Counted from the first letter of the stretch, positions 33,190 to 43,595 are shown. The stretch is 64,000 nt of DNA from Candidatus Marinacidobacterales bacterium (GCA_965237955.1 OZ250169.1:1088001-1152000); one strand, 5' to 3'. A program made the numbers and translations. The notes: generated by a model not told the origin, from the letters alone.

Positions 33190-33698
33190 TGTCCCTTCCA
33201 TAAACTTGAGCTGCATGAGATTGGCAAACTGCCTGCAACCAGGACGCTTTGGTCGTCTTCATGTAGGACGCTTTGAGAGCCGGCGTCGGCTCTACTCAGG
33301 GGTAGAGGTGTAAGCTGGTGCGAAGTCCGGCAGCCGTTCCGAGCGGGTCGGCTCAAGCAGCGCGTCGAGTGTAATAATGATGGAGACCACCGACCTTTGG
33401 AATGGCTCTCACTTTGCCCATCGCCGGTGACTCTACTTGGCGAGGCTCGGACGCGTCCTTCTCAAGCGACAAATGAGTCCGGCACGAATGATAGTAGTCG
33501 ACGTATTCGCGTAGGATTCGCCTCAGGTGCTGCTCATCAAGGACGATCACGTGGTCGAGACACTCACGTCGAATGGAGCCGATCATCCTTTCGACCAATG
33601 GATTCTGCCACGGGGAGCGCGGTGCGGCAAGGACCTGCTCGATCCCGAGACCGTCGACGCGAGTATCGAAGTACGCTCCGTAGATCTGATCTCGATCC
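33190..33698 (-). mobile_element. Family-E element, right-half remnant 2
   Basis: [37 protein letters not shown]; cut by the family-A end at 33699. Confidence 0.85.
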
Positions 33699-33752
33699 CG
33701 TCCTGTGCCAAAACTCGGCCCTTTTGAAATAGACCACAAATCAGCAGCTTAG
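33699..33752. mobile_element. Truncated solo family-A end
   Basis: First ~54 bp of the TIR. Confidence 0.85.
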
Positions 33753-33812
33753 ACGCCCTTGGAATCCGCGCAGAAGCGAGGGTATTTCGCGCCGCAGGGC
33801 TGTCTTCCGACC

Positions 33813-33970
33813 TGTGCCTTCTATTTTATTCATCCGCGGGCACCAGCTCGCGACGAGCCTTGAAGGCAGAGATGAGAGCAAGAACAAACGACGAAATCAT
33901 GTAGGTATGGTGCCGGTAGACCGAAGACTAATCAAGTTCGGGGCGCGCGGATGAATAAATAGAAGGCACA
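33813..33970. mobile_element. Family-C MITE (158 bp)
   Basis: TGTGCCTTCTATTTTATTCATCCGCG .. CGCGGATGAATAAATAGAAGGCACA; the same end recurs at 45443. Confidence 0.8.
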
Positions 33971-33974
33971 GGAC

Positions 33975-34326
33975 GCCTCTCGCGCCGGCCGTCGTCCGAA
34001 GCCTAGAGGAGGCCGGTAATCAGCTGCTGACCTTCTACGAATTCCCTCGTGCCATGTGGAAATCGATTCGAACGACCAATGCTCTGGAGAATCTCAACCG
34101 CGAGTTTCGACGCCGGACGAAAACCCAAGCGTCGTTCTCCAGCGAGGAGTCCGCGGTCGCTTTGCTGTTTGGGCTTATCGCCTCTGGCCAGATTCAACTA
34201 CGGCGCATCGACGGCTACCAACGTCTGAGCGAGGTTCTCGAACACACGGAGGTTGCCGCCTGATATGATACTCTGATGACGGAGTGGAGGGCGCCGTTCT
34301 TTTTCCACGGACCTCGGGACACATCC
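33975..34326 (+). mobile_element. IS256-family 3' remnant
   Basis: LLTFYEFPRAMWKSIRTTNALENLNREFRRRTK; end ..CGGGACACATCC. Confidence 0.85.
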
Positions 34327-34383
34327 GGTGAAACGGCCGCGGCTCTCGAATGTCGACCGCGAGGTTTGGGTGCTGTTGCGGGT

Positions 34384-34479
34384 TGTGCTCCGAAAAAAGT
34401 CGATCCAGCGTTGATTGCGCGGTCTAGACCGGCCATGATCGCGTGGGCCTTGAGTGCGTTTGTGTTTTTGGACACGACG
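34384..34479. mobile_element. 96-bp element with a family-D left end and a family-B right end
   Basis: TGTGCTCCGAAAAAAGTC .. GTGTTTTTGGACACGACG. Confidence 0.6.
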
Positions 34480-34583
34480 CGTTATGAAATACTGTGCCGT
34501 AGTGTCCTCGAACTCCAGCACACGAAATCAACGCCTTCATTATAGATTAGCCAAACCCTATACGTACTACAATTCCTATTAAC

Positions 34584-35732
34584 ATGATCGTTTCGAGGGT
34601 TGTACTTCAGAACTGGAAGAACTTCCGCAACGTCGACGTATGCTTTGGGGATCGCGGGTTTCTGGTCGGGCCGAACGCGTCGGGAAAATCAAACTTTCTT
34701 GACGTGTTCAGGTTTCTAAGGGATGTTGCGAAGCCTGGCGGCGGCCTGCAGCGTGCCGTGGCCGACCGAGGTGGACTCTCCCGAATCAGAAGTCTTGCCG
34801 CCCGTAAGGTTCCTAACGTCGAAATCCGTGTGGAGCTTTCGAGCGGATGTGACAATGAACCGTCTTGGATCTACGAGATCGGCATCAAACAGGAACCTCG
34901 GGGGCGGCGACAACCGTTTTTGATCTACGAACGGGTTTGGAAAGGTACAGAGCAGATCCTTAATCGCCCGGATGATTCCGACAAAAGGGATGTACTGCGG
35001 CTCACGCAGACTCACGTTGAGCAAATCAATACGAACGAGGTGTTCCGCGAAGTCTCGGAGTTCTTCCAGTCTGTCCTGTACCTCCACATGATTCCACAAT
35101 TGGTGCGCCGTCCGGAGCAGTTCCAACCTTCCAAGGAGTCTGAGGACCCCTACGGCAGACGCTTCCTGGAGCGTATTGCAAAGGCGACGCCGAAGACAAG
35201 AGATGCACGCCTTCGGAAAATCGAGGCAGTCCTCCGTATGGCGGTCCCGCAGCTCACGAACCTAACGCTGACGAAAGATGAACTGGGGATCCCGCATCTT
35301 GAGGTGCTCTACGAACATTGGCGTCCTGGCGCGGGAAAGCAACGAGAGGACCAGTTTTCGGACGGTACTCTACGGCTCCTCGCACTCTTGTGGATTCTGC
35401 TTGAAGGAGACTCTCTCCTTCTGCTCGAAGAGCCCGAACTCTCCCTCCACTCGGAGATTGCGAGAAAGCTACCTCGGCTGATTCACAGAATTCAGGGGCG
35501 TAGAACGCGACAGGTCGTGATTAGCACCCACAGCGCCGACCTGATGGACGATCCCGGCATCGGAGGAGAAGAGACGTTTCTGCTTGTGCCCGAGTCCGAA
35601 GGAACGCGGATAGAACGAGTATCCGATCGATCCGATGTGCAAAAACTTCTGGAGGGTGGAATGACTGCGGGGCAAGCGGTCCTTCCTTTCACGAGGCCTC
35701 CGGGAATGAATCAACTCGGATTGTTCGAATGA
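34584..35732 (+). CDS. ABC/AAA_21-type ATPase
   Basis: LQNWKNF, Walker A GPNASGKS, signature FSDGT, Walker B LLLLEEPE, STHS. Confidence 0.9.
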   Translation: MIVSRVVLQNWKNFRNVDVCFGDRGFLVGPNASGKSNFLDVFRFLRDVAKPGGGLQRAVADRGGLSRIRSLAARKVPNVEIRVELSSGCDNEPSWIYEIGIKQEPRGRRQPFLIYERVWKGTEQILNRPDDSDKRDVLRLTQTHVEQINTNEVFREVSEFFQSVLYLHMIPQLVRRPEQFQPSKESEDPYGRRFLERIAKATPKTRDARLRKIEAVLRMAVPQLTNLTLTKDELGIPHLEVLYEHWRPGAGKQREDQFSDGTLRLLALLWILLEGDSLLLLEEPELSLHSEIARKLPRLIHRIQGRRTRQVVISTHSADLMDDPGIGGEETFLLVPESEGTRIERVSDRSDVQKLLEGGMTAGQAVLPFTRPPGMNQLGLFE

Positions 35733-36343
35733 AAGAATCCATTCCGATACACCTCGTGGTAGAAGACGAGTTAAGTGAAGCGGTCTTGCGTGAAATCTTG
35801 CGACAGTCCGAACGCTCATTCGCCGTGGGTGCAGCATACCGAAGAGGTGGTTCTGGATACCTACGCACAAACGTGAAGAGATTCAACCACGGCGCGAAAG
35901 GGACCCCCTTCATTCTGCTCACCGACCTGGACAAAAACGAATGCGCTCCGATGCTGATTCAGGAGTGGTTGACAGATCCCTTGCACCCTAATTTGATATT
36001 TCGTGTGGCTGTGCACGAGGTCGAAGCCTGGATTCTCGCCGATCGTGAAGCCTTCGCACATTTCCTTGGAATATCTCCGCGGGACATCCCTCCCGAAGTG
36101 GATAGCATTCAAGATCCAAAAGAGAAGTTGATATCCCTAGCGCGGACTTCTCCTAAACGGGACCTGAGAAACTCTCTCATACCCAGAAGGGGTAGCACAG
36201 CCCGCGTTGGACGTGATTACAACGGGAGGCTCTCGGAGTTCGTCCGCAGTAGTTGGAGACTGGCAGAGTCCAAACGGCTCTCGCCCAGCCTTCTGCGAAC
36301 GGCGAACGCGGTCGGGACGTTCGAGCCGCATTGGAGGGGCTAA
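35729..36343 (+). CDS. TOPRIM-like protein (DUF4276-like), coupled to the ATPase
   Basis: ATGA overlap; LVVED, LTDLD, VAVHEVEAWILAD, DPKE, SPSL. Confidence 0.75.
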   Translation: MKESIPIHLVVEDELSEAVLREILRQSERSFAVGAAYRRGGSGYLRTNVKRFNHGAKGTPFILLTDLDKNECAPMLIQEWLTDPLHPNLIFRVAVHEVEAWILADREAFAHFLGISPRDIPPEVDSIQDPKEKLISLARTSPKRDLRNSLIPRRGSTARVGRDYNGRLSEFVRSSWRLAESKRLSPSLLRTANAVGTFEPHWRG

Positions 36344-36370
36344 ATCGACCTGATCCGGATTGCCTGACCC

Positions 36371-37796
36371 CGTCCTGTGCCAAAACTCGGCTCTTTTGAA
36401 ATAGGCCATAAATCAGCAACTTAGTGTCTGTGTTTGCGACCGGGCCAAGGGCCGTGGGCTTTACAATCGTCTTGGGCGGGCGGGTCGTCACCATGCAGAT
36501 GACCACCTAGTCGAGAGCGAATATCGAAGCATGTTCCTGAAGCTGTTCCACGCTACGCCGGTCGAGCCCGCCGAGGGGCTACCGTCGCCGGCGACCATCT
36601 ACGCGGCACGGCAGTAGTAGTTGAGAATGCCCCCAAGTCGCTCTCGCGACACGATGGGGCCAGCGTCATTCGCGCTTGTCGGCAGAGGTGTGATGAGCTC
36701 GTTGCCGAGACCTTGGTGGTTCCGTTCTGTGTGATAGTGCACCACGTATTCGGTTACCGCTGTGCGCAGGTGTCGCTCACTGAGCGGTACGAAGCGGTCG
36801 AGACACTCTCGACGTATGGAGAGAACGAATCTTTCCGCGTATGCGTTCAGATTCGGACTATTCGCGGGAAGGCGAAGGGGCTTCACGCCTGAATCTCTCA
36901 AGAGCCCACGTACCGCCTCGGTGAATAGTGGGTCCCGGTCGTGGATGAGGTATCGCTTGCCAAGGAGGAACCCATCCCACATGTCAGTGAGGTTTCTTGC
37001 CACCTGCTTCATCCACTCCCCGTTGGGGTCCGACGTTATCCCACCGATGCACACGCAGCGAGTGGCGATATCGATGACAAACAGGACATGGTAGCGGACG
37101 AGCCCGAACGGGTTCACAACCTCGACGGTGAACAGGTCTGTCGCAGCGATGGCGCCCCAATGAGCCTTGATGAAGGTGCTCCACGACATGCTCCTCCCCG
37201 CTCCGGCGCAGGAGCGATACCGTGCTCGGCGAGGATCCTCTTGATAGTGTTGCGTCCGAGTTCATGTCCTAGGTTCTTGAGTGCGCCTTGCAGGCGCGTA
37301 TATCCCCACGTCGGGTTCTCCCGCGCCACGCGTACAATGAGCTCACGGATGTCCTTCGCCGTCGGAGGTCGGCCTGGACTCCGGTTCTTGCTGCCATCGT
37401 ACTTGGCTGCGATGAGGTGGCGGTACCAGCGCAGAAGCGTAGCGGGTGTGGCAACGGACGCAATCTGGGCCAGCGCCTCGCGGCCCAAAGCCTGGGCCTT
37501 GACCGCGAGCCTGCGCCGGTCGTCGTCCGAGAGCCTGAGACGCTTGCCCCGAAGCCCGGCTCGGAGCACACGGTTCTCCTCTTGCTGGTAGTCGATCACA
37601 TCCTGCTGCTGGCGGTTGACCCAGCCAGCTAGAACGAGCAGTAGGAATTGCACGTGGTACGTCATCATGGAGCTGAAGATAACACCCTCGGGACAGACGA
37701 TTGTAAAGCCTACGGCCCTTGGTCCGGTCGCAAACACAGACACTAAGCTGCTGATTTATGGTCTATTTCAAAAGGGCCGAGTTTTGGCACAGGACG
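36371..37796 (-). mobile_element. Family-A element, copy 3; transposase 37668-36599 with the same frameshift as copy 2
   Basis: Both TIRs present; near-identical inverted copy of 29059-30485. Confidence 0.9.
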
Positions 37797-39169
37797 GGAT
37801 TGCGATGCCGTTCGATTCGGAACGGAAGTCATGGTCTTTGACGAGAGTCGGCTCGCGGTTCCAGGCCTGCCCGCCGTTTTTGAATAATCCCACCAGCTCC
37901 CGTTTCTTCGTGTCTACGCTGATGATGGGATGACCAGCTGCGGCAAAACGCTCGCGCAGTTCGGCGATACACGCGAATTGGGTATCGCGATCTTCGGACG
38001 TGGCACCGCACAGCTTCTTGTGGTTCACCCGCAACGAGAAGCCGAGCTGTTTGAGCAGTCGACCGACGGTTTTGCTGCTGACGTTCACACCGAGGCTTCT
38101 TAGCTCGCAAGCAATCTTGTCGGTGGTCCGCCGCGTCCATTTCACTCCCGTCATCGGATCGCCCGCGGTGTCGTGCTTCATGAGTTCTTCGATCTTGGCG
38201 ATGACTTCTGGCGTTTTTTTTGCACGGCGCGCCGTCCGCCACCCTTTCGCCGAACTCCGTCGAGCTCAACATCTCTCATTAGCAATTCCCTACGACCTCT
38301 GGCTACCGTGCTCGGATCCATCCCGAGCAGTTCGGCAATCTGTTGGTCGCCACCGTGACCGAGCTTCATGGCCTCGACTCCCGCGTAGAGACGGCGCTGC
38401 TTTTCATCGAGCAGGCTGTAGAAAAGAACGATCGCAGCCTTCAACTCCACGGGGAGCACGCGGACTCCCCCGACCCAGCCCAACGTGGAAGGTGACGCCT
38501 CATGTACCTGGCGGGCCGAGAGCTGTTGCTTGCGCGTGCTCACATCGGTGGCCAGATACAGATATCGGCCGAACACCTGCTCGCGCGCCAATCTTTTCTC
38601 TCGGACCAGTTTCAACAGAGGAGCCTTGACGTCAACCTGCACCTCGTCCTCGAGCTCGTCGACGTAGTAGCCTGCCTCACAGGCCGCGACCAACGCTTTT
38701 ACCGTCGCAAGCAACGTCCCGTACTTCGAGAACCACACTGAGCGCAACGACCAAAGACCTTTTCGATCGAACTGGGCGATCTCGTCCAACGTGTAGTAGC
38801 TACCACGGTGGGAGTAGCTTGTCCGATACGCCAACTCATTGAGCTTTCGGAAGACGGTCGAGTCCACATCGGTACCCAACACTGCCTTCAAATCATCGAG
38901 GGTAGCTATTTTGTGCTTCCTCAACAGGCGGTCGAGATCTTCAGACTGATAGCTCGTAGGTCTCATAATAGGAGAAGTGCTCCTTGATAGGCGTAATCCT
39001 CCCTAAAATGAGGACCGTTTGTCAAACACGCGCTGGTTGCTGAAGATCTACAAATGTTCCGTTTCTAGGGAGCTTGCCAGGCTCTCGTGATGCCAGACGA
39101 CATCGCGATCACGATCTGAAACAGGAAGAATGTGCTCAAAACTAGACAGTTATTTTGTCGGCGGCCCTA
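37797..39169 (-). mobile_element. ISAzo13-family element, copy 2 (left end intact, 3' part lost)
   Basis: 37797-38665 repeats 22122-22990; end TTATTTTGTCGGCGGCCCTA. Confidence 0.85.
38178..38966 (-). CDS. ISAzo13 upstream ORF (HTH) with long N-terminal extension
   Basis: LLDEKQRRLYAG..LGHGG..TVARGRREL..RRKGGGR; ends near an A7 run overlapping the catalytic ORF. Confidence 0.8.
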   Translation of the reverse strand: MRPTSYQSEDLDRLLRKHKIATLDDLKAVLGTDVDSTVFRKLNELAYRTSYSHRGSYYTLDEIAQFDRKGLWSLRSVWFSKYGTLLATVKALVAACEAGYYVDELEDEVQVDVKAPLLKLVREKRLAREQVFGRYLYLATDVSTRKQQLSARQVHEASPSTLGWVGGVRVLPVELKAAIVLFYSLLDEKQRRLYAGVEAMKLGHGGDQQIAELLGMDPSTVARGRRELLMRDVELDGVRRKGGGRRAVQKKRQKSSPRSKNS

Positions 39170-39387
39170 AGGGGTATGTTCACCTTGTCAATCGGTCTCC
39201 ATTTCTCAGGCTGCCGTCTCCAAGTATACGGTTCGCCATCGCACCCCACCGTCCCCATACTTGGCGGAGCTTTCTCGATAATCATCTCTTGAAGTCCTTC
39301 GACTTGATCCTGAAGCTCCTTGCGTTCAGTCTAACTTCCTTGTGGGTGAGCCAGCCTCGGATTGACGTCCGGCGCGCAACACGCAGA

Positions 39388-40272
39388 TCAGCGGGTAGCG
39401 GTCCCTGTTGGGAAGCCGGTCGCCATGTTGGCCATGCGCTGGAGGACGCCCGGCCCAACGTCTTGAATGTTCATGTCCACCAGCGGCTTCAACGTGAAGG
39501 GTCCAGGACTGTCGTCCGGATCTGGTTCGATCGACACGACGGCCTGATAGCCGATCAGCGAAACCGGTGGCATGATGAAGTCCTGCCCTGGGAATGGCGG
39601 CGTGCTTCTCGGACCGGCCGTCGGTCCGGCCGCGTCCGAGTCGGCACCCATCACCTGAGTGAATCGGCCCGTCGACACCGGGCCTTCGGGGCCGACCACC
39701 CAGCCCTCGTAGATCCAGCCCGCCGGCAACGCCGTCAACACCAGCGACGCGCCCGGACCAGCAGCAGGGTCGAGCCACCAGATACCGGACGCGTAGTCAC
39801 GCTTTACAGCGGCAGTGGAGGGTGATTCCAAGATGAAGCTCCCGGACGCGGAAGCGAAGGTGGTGCCCAGCGCTGTAGCGTCCGCCACAGAAAGCGCTGC
39901 ATTGTTTCCAGCGAAGTCACCAGCGAGATACTTCGTCGTCGACGGCGCGGGGTCGGAATCTGGCGACGGCTCGATGGTCAGGATGAACTTCGTCGCAGAC
40001 GAGAGCGTGGCCTCATCAACGGAAAAGTTGCGTTGACTCAAGCTGCCATCGTCACCGACGGTGAACGTGCCCGTCGAGACGGGATTGCCGTTCACCAGGA
40101 TCCAGCCCTCGTAGACGAACCCAGGACCCAGATTCTGGAGTCCGTTGAACGACCACCCGAGACTCTTCTGGCTCGGTCCGGTGGGACTGTCGGTGTCGCC
40201 ACACGCCGCGGTGACCAGCAACGTCGGCATCAACATTGCGCACACCACGTTCCAACTACGTCGTCGAGTCAT
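39388..40272 (-). CDS. Lipoprotein with a duplicated YEGW..STG motif (anti-sigma-factor-like domain)
   Basis: RBS AGGAGG, lipobox TAAC, VYEGWILVNGNPVSTGTF and IYEGWVVGPEGPVSTGRF. Confidence 0.75.
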   Translation of the reverse strand: MTRRRSWNVVCAMLMPTLLVTAACGDTDSPTGPSQKSLGWSFNGLQNLGPGFVYEGWILVNGNPVSTGTFTVGDDGSLSQRNFSVDEATLSSATKFILTIEPSPDSDPAPSTTKYLAGDFAGNNAALSVADATALGTTFASASGSFILESPSTAAVKRDYASGIWWLDPAAGPGASLVLTALPAGWIYEGWVVGPEGPVSTGRFTQVMGADSDAAGPTAGPRSTPPFPGQDFIMPPVSLIGYQAVVSIEPDPDDSPGPFTLKPLVDMNIQDVGPGVLQRMANMATGFPTGTATR

Positions 40273-40305
40273 CGAAACCTCCTTGTTGGGCGACGCCGAC
40301 AACAA

Positions 40306-40438
40306 CTAGTCCCCTGGATCTTTGATTACTATACAAAGTTAGGCTTTTTGCCAGCCCATAAAATTCATAAGATTCATGCACTTAGAAGTGTTTCGGCAAG
40401 CTCTGCTTTATCTAGTTTGTTCTGATACAGGGGACTAG
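40306..40438 (-). mobile_element. IS630-derived MITE (133 bp), copy 1
   Basis: CTAGTCCCCTGGATC..CAGGGGACTAG; inverted near-copy of 42645-42777. Confidence 0.85.
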
Positions 40439-40612
40439 CCAGCCTGCTTTGTGGGCGCCGCGCCGGTATAGGCTAGCACAGAACTCGCCGACGTGCGCCC
40501 GCACCTGTCAGGAACCCATATATTCCGATTTGATCCGCGCGTTTTTCAGTTATCGCAGCATTCGCGGGAACTAGCGCCCCGGCGATCACGCGGCGTCAGT
40601 GTTTCGCGATCC

Positions 40613-40746
40613 CGTCCTGTGCCAAAACTCGGCTCTTTTGAAATAGGCTACAAATCAGCAACTTAGTGTCTGTGTTTGCGACATCCCCAAGGGCCGTAGG
40701 CCGGCGCTTGGGGATGTCGTGGCTGTCCGAGTTTTGGCACAGGACG
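40613..40746. mobile_element. Family-A MITE (134 bp), copy 1
   Basis: CGTCCTGTGCCAAAACTCGG at both ends; near-copy at 57094-57228. Confidence 0.9.
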
Positions 40747-40999
40747 GGAGCGCGTGTAGGACGGTATGAGACACTGATGGCCTACAGCGTGAATTCCGGG
40801 TAACAGTTCTTGGCCGAGGATACTACGATGAGAAGAATGGACTTTGAACGGTGGACTCGAACGGTGCCGGCACTGGTTCGAATGGCAACTGTGCTGTGAT
40901 CCCGTGCAGTCCGCAGCCCCGGGCCGCAGGGACAATCGAACGTTGTTCTTCGGAACCAGCGTGACTTGGCGGCGGTATCGGTTCCGAGTGGGGGCGAAG

Positions 41000-41857
41000 G
41001 TGAAACGTCTATCGTTAGTGGCTCTGTTTGTGGGCGTGATCGTTTCAGACGCCTACGGAACAGAATGTGAAGAATTCGTCCCGTTCGCACAACCCGTCAA
41101 GCGCACGGTTGTCGGTCGGCAGAACACCGGAGAGCTTGAGCTCACCGTAATCTGCCACGAGGGACAGGTGGTGGGGTTCAACTCGAACCACAACGTACCG
41201 GACTGGGTTGCGCACCGATTGATGCGCGACGACTTGCTGTCCCCTGCGGTTGAACGGGAGAACGCATTCCGAAGCGACCCGCAAGCGCAGGTCGGCCACC
41301 GTGTCGAGCCGTCAGATTACCGGAGAACCGGGTACGACCGAGAGCATATGGCACCCGCAGGTGCAATGAGGTGGTCAGAAGAGGCCATGAGCGAGAGCTT
41401 CTTTATGACGAACATGGCACCGCAAGTTGGTGCAGGATTCAACCGAGGAATCTGGCGATCGCTAGAGCGCAAGATGCGGCAATGGGCATGCGAGCGCGGA
41501 ACACTCTACGTCGTAACCGGTTCTCTCTATGAAAAGCGTCCCGTCGAACAGCTCGTGTTCGATGGCAACGGCGATGGAGTGGACGACAACGGAATTCTCG
41601 TTGACGTCCCGTCACACTTCTACAAGATTGCTGTTGATCCAACCGCTATGGAAGCCATTGCGTTCATCCTTGAGAACAAAAGAGCGACGACAGCGGATTT
41701 GCCCAAGTTCTTGGTTAGCATTCGTGATGTTGAAGTGCGCAGCGGGTTCGACTTCTTCAGTGGCATCTGGGACGGAGCGGAATACGTGATCGAGAGTCAT
41801 GTGCAGCCAGACCTATGGGAGGATCCAAAGGATGACCGATGCGAGCGCCTCCGGTAA
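41000..41857 (+). CDS. Secreted DNA/RNA non-specific endonuclease (NucA/EndoG family)
   Basis: Signal peptide, PDWVA, YDREHMAPA, ESFFMTNMAPQ..FNRGIWRSLE, VPSHFYK. Confidence 0.85.
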   Translation: MKRLSLVALFVGVIVSDAYGTECEEFVPFAQPVKRTVVGRQNTGELELTVICHEGQVVGFNSNHNVPDWVAHRLMRDDLLSPAVERENAFRSDPQAQVGHRVEPSDYRRTGYDREHMAPAGAMRWSEEAMSESFFMTNMAPQVGAGFNRGIWRSLERKMRQWACERGTLYVVTGSLYEKRPVEQLVFDGNGDGVDDNGILVDVPSHFYKIAVDPTAMEAIAFILENKRATTADLPKFLVSIRDVEVRSGFDFFSGIWDGAEYVIESHVQPDLWEDPKDDRCERLR

Positions 41858-42463
41858 CGGAAATGCGATGCTGGAAAGGCAAAGGCTTGAGAATGAAGCG
41901 GAGCAGCTTCAAATCGATAAGGCGAAACAAGAGATCGAGACGAAGCGCAGCAAGGTGAGGCGATGCGTCACGTATGCGTCGGTTTATTCTTACCTCGCGT
42001 TGGCTGGAGCTGTGGTCGGGTAGCTAATGTGGGCCGGTCGTTACGAGGTCGCGATCGGGGTCTTGGGCGGAGTTGCCAGTCTCGCAGGCTCGATATCGGG
42101 ATATTGGTTTGGGTCTAGGAGACCAAAGGATTCTGATGGTTCTTAAGCGCGCACTAGCGACGTGGCCGATCGCCACCGACAAGTGACGCTGCTGTGGTAG
42201 GCGCGAGGGAGGTGTTCTAATGGGAGAGTTCATTCCCTATACTCCGCAAAAAGTCGATCCAGCGTTGATTGATGCGACGCCGGGGAGCGACAATGCCGGC
42301 TCGCATGCCAAGGCCTCTCACAGAATCGTTGACCGAACCTCGTCTGTCCCCGTCCCACAAGATAGAATAACCAAACTTGGCTGTGCGCCGCTCGCCGAAG
42401 CGGGTGGGGTATGTGCCTGCTAACGCCATATGAAACTAGAGGAACTCCAGCCGAAGGCTACCG

Positions 42464-42901
42464 CGTCGTGTCCAAAAACACGAACGAACTCACGACCTCG
42501 GGCCTTTGGGAAGGTGCAAACTGCTGACCCGCTGGGCGTTCGAGTATTTGGACCAGACGCGCTTGCGCCTGACCGATGCGAAACGTTCCGGCATGCTGCG
42601 GGCGTTTTGGATGAGAGATGTCTAGGCTTGGTTGGCAATAGGAGCTAGTCCCATGTATCAGAACAAACTAGATAAAGCAGAGCTTGCCGAAACCCTTCTA
42701 AGTGCATGAATCTTATGAATATTATGGGCTGGCGAAAAGCCTAACTTTGTATAGTAATCAAAGATCCAGGGGACTAGAATGAGAGGTCTGCTCGGGAGCG
42801 CCTATCGCAGAGCCAGTGCTGCGTCGGCTGGTCTCCGCGAATTTCGAGAACGCTTCTAGGATTCGAGCTTTCGGGCTCTGTTCGTATTTTCGGACATGAC
42901 G
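42464..42901. mobile_element. Family-B MITE carrying a nested IS630 MITE
   Basis: CGTCGTGTCCAAAAACACGAAC .. GTTCGTATTTTCGGACATGACG. Confidence 0.7.
42645..42777 (+). mobile_element. IS630-derived MITE (133 bp), copy 2
   Basis: CTAGTCCCATG..AAAGATCCAGGGGACTAG. Confidence 0.85.
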
Positions 42902-43126
42902 GGGTTCATTAGACTGTTGTTGGGTTACGAGGACATCGCCGATCACGATGCCTTCCATGCGGAATAGCCTGCTGACGCTGCTGGCAGGCAAGACCGGTCC
43001 GACCGGTGCCAAGCTCCCCAGCCCCACAATCTGCGCATGGCGGCAAGGGCCGGTTGTCGGCGCGACGGAAGGCGGCAGTGATCTTGGAGCTGTTGCGCGT
43101 TTCTAAACCTCTTGGAGTATTGACCT

Positions 43127-43324
43127 ATGGCTCGTGTGGATATGGAGCGTATTGTCGAGCACTTAAGCTCGGAAATGAGGAGAGCTCTTGAAGATGCCGT
43201 CAATGAGACAGTCGACGACGCAGGTGTTGATGCGCATGAACTCTTTCGGGCTTTCCGGCGTGCAGTTAGACGAAACAGCAGCACGTGGGAACGTGTTCCT
43301 GATGGTTGCGTGAAGCTTGATTGA
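43127..43324 (+). CDS. Small hypothetical protein (65 aa)
   Basis: GGAG upstream; plausible helical composition. Confidence 0.55.
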   Translation: MARVDMERIVEHLSSEMRRALEDAVNETVDDAGVDAHELFRAFRRAVRRNSSTWERVPDGCVKLD

Positions 43325-43327
43325 TCG

Positions 43328-43595
43328 CGTCCTGTGCCAAAACTCGGCCCTTTTGAAATAGACGATAAATCAACAGCTTAGAGTTTGTGTTTGCGACCGT
43401 GCCAAGGGCCGTAGGCTCTACAATCGTCTTGGGCGGACGGGTCGTCACCATGCAGACGACCACCTGGTCGAGAGCGAATATCCAAGCGTGTTCCTGAAGC
43501 TGTGTTTCCACACTACGCCGGTCGAGCCCACCGAGGGGCTACCGTCGCCGACGACAATCTATGCCGCACGGTAGTAGTAGTTGAGAATGCCTCCC
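43328..43595 (-). mobile_element. Family-A right-end remnant (copy-1-like variant)
   Basis: TIR, 3' region and last codons GGILNYYYRAA*; cut by copy 4. Confidence 0.85.

Noticed and set aside
31117-33216. 699-aa ORF
   Set aside because: Chimeric read-through across IS remnants, an alternate frame of the Nramp gene and a MITE.
27300-43330. Integron cassette array, suggested by small unrelated genes
   Set aside because: No tyrosine integrase and no convincing attC sites; the separators are IS ends.
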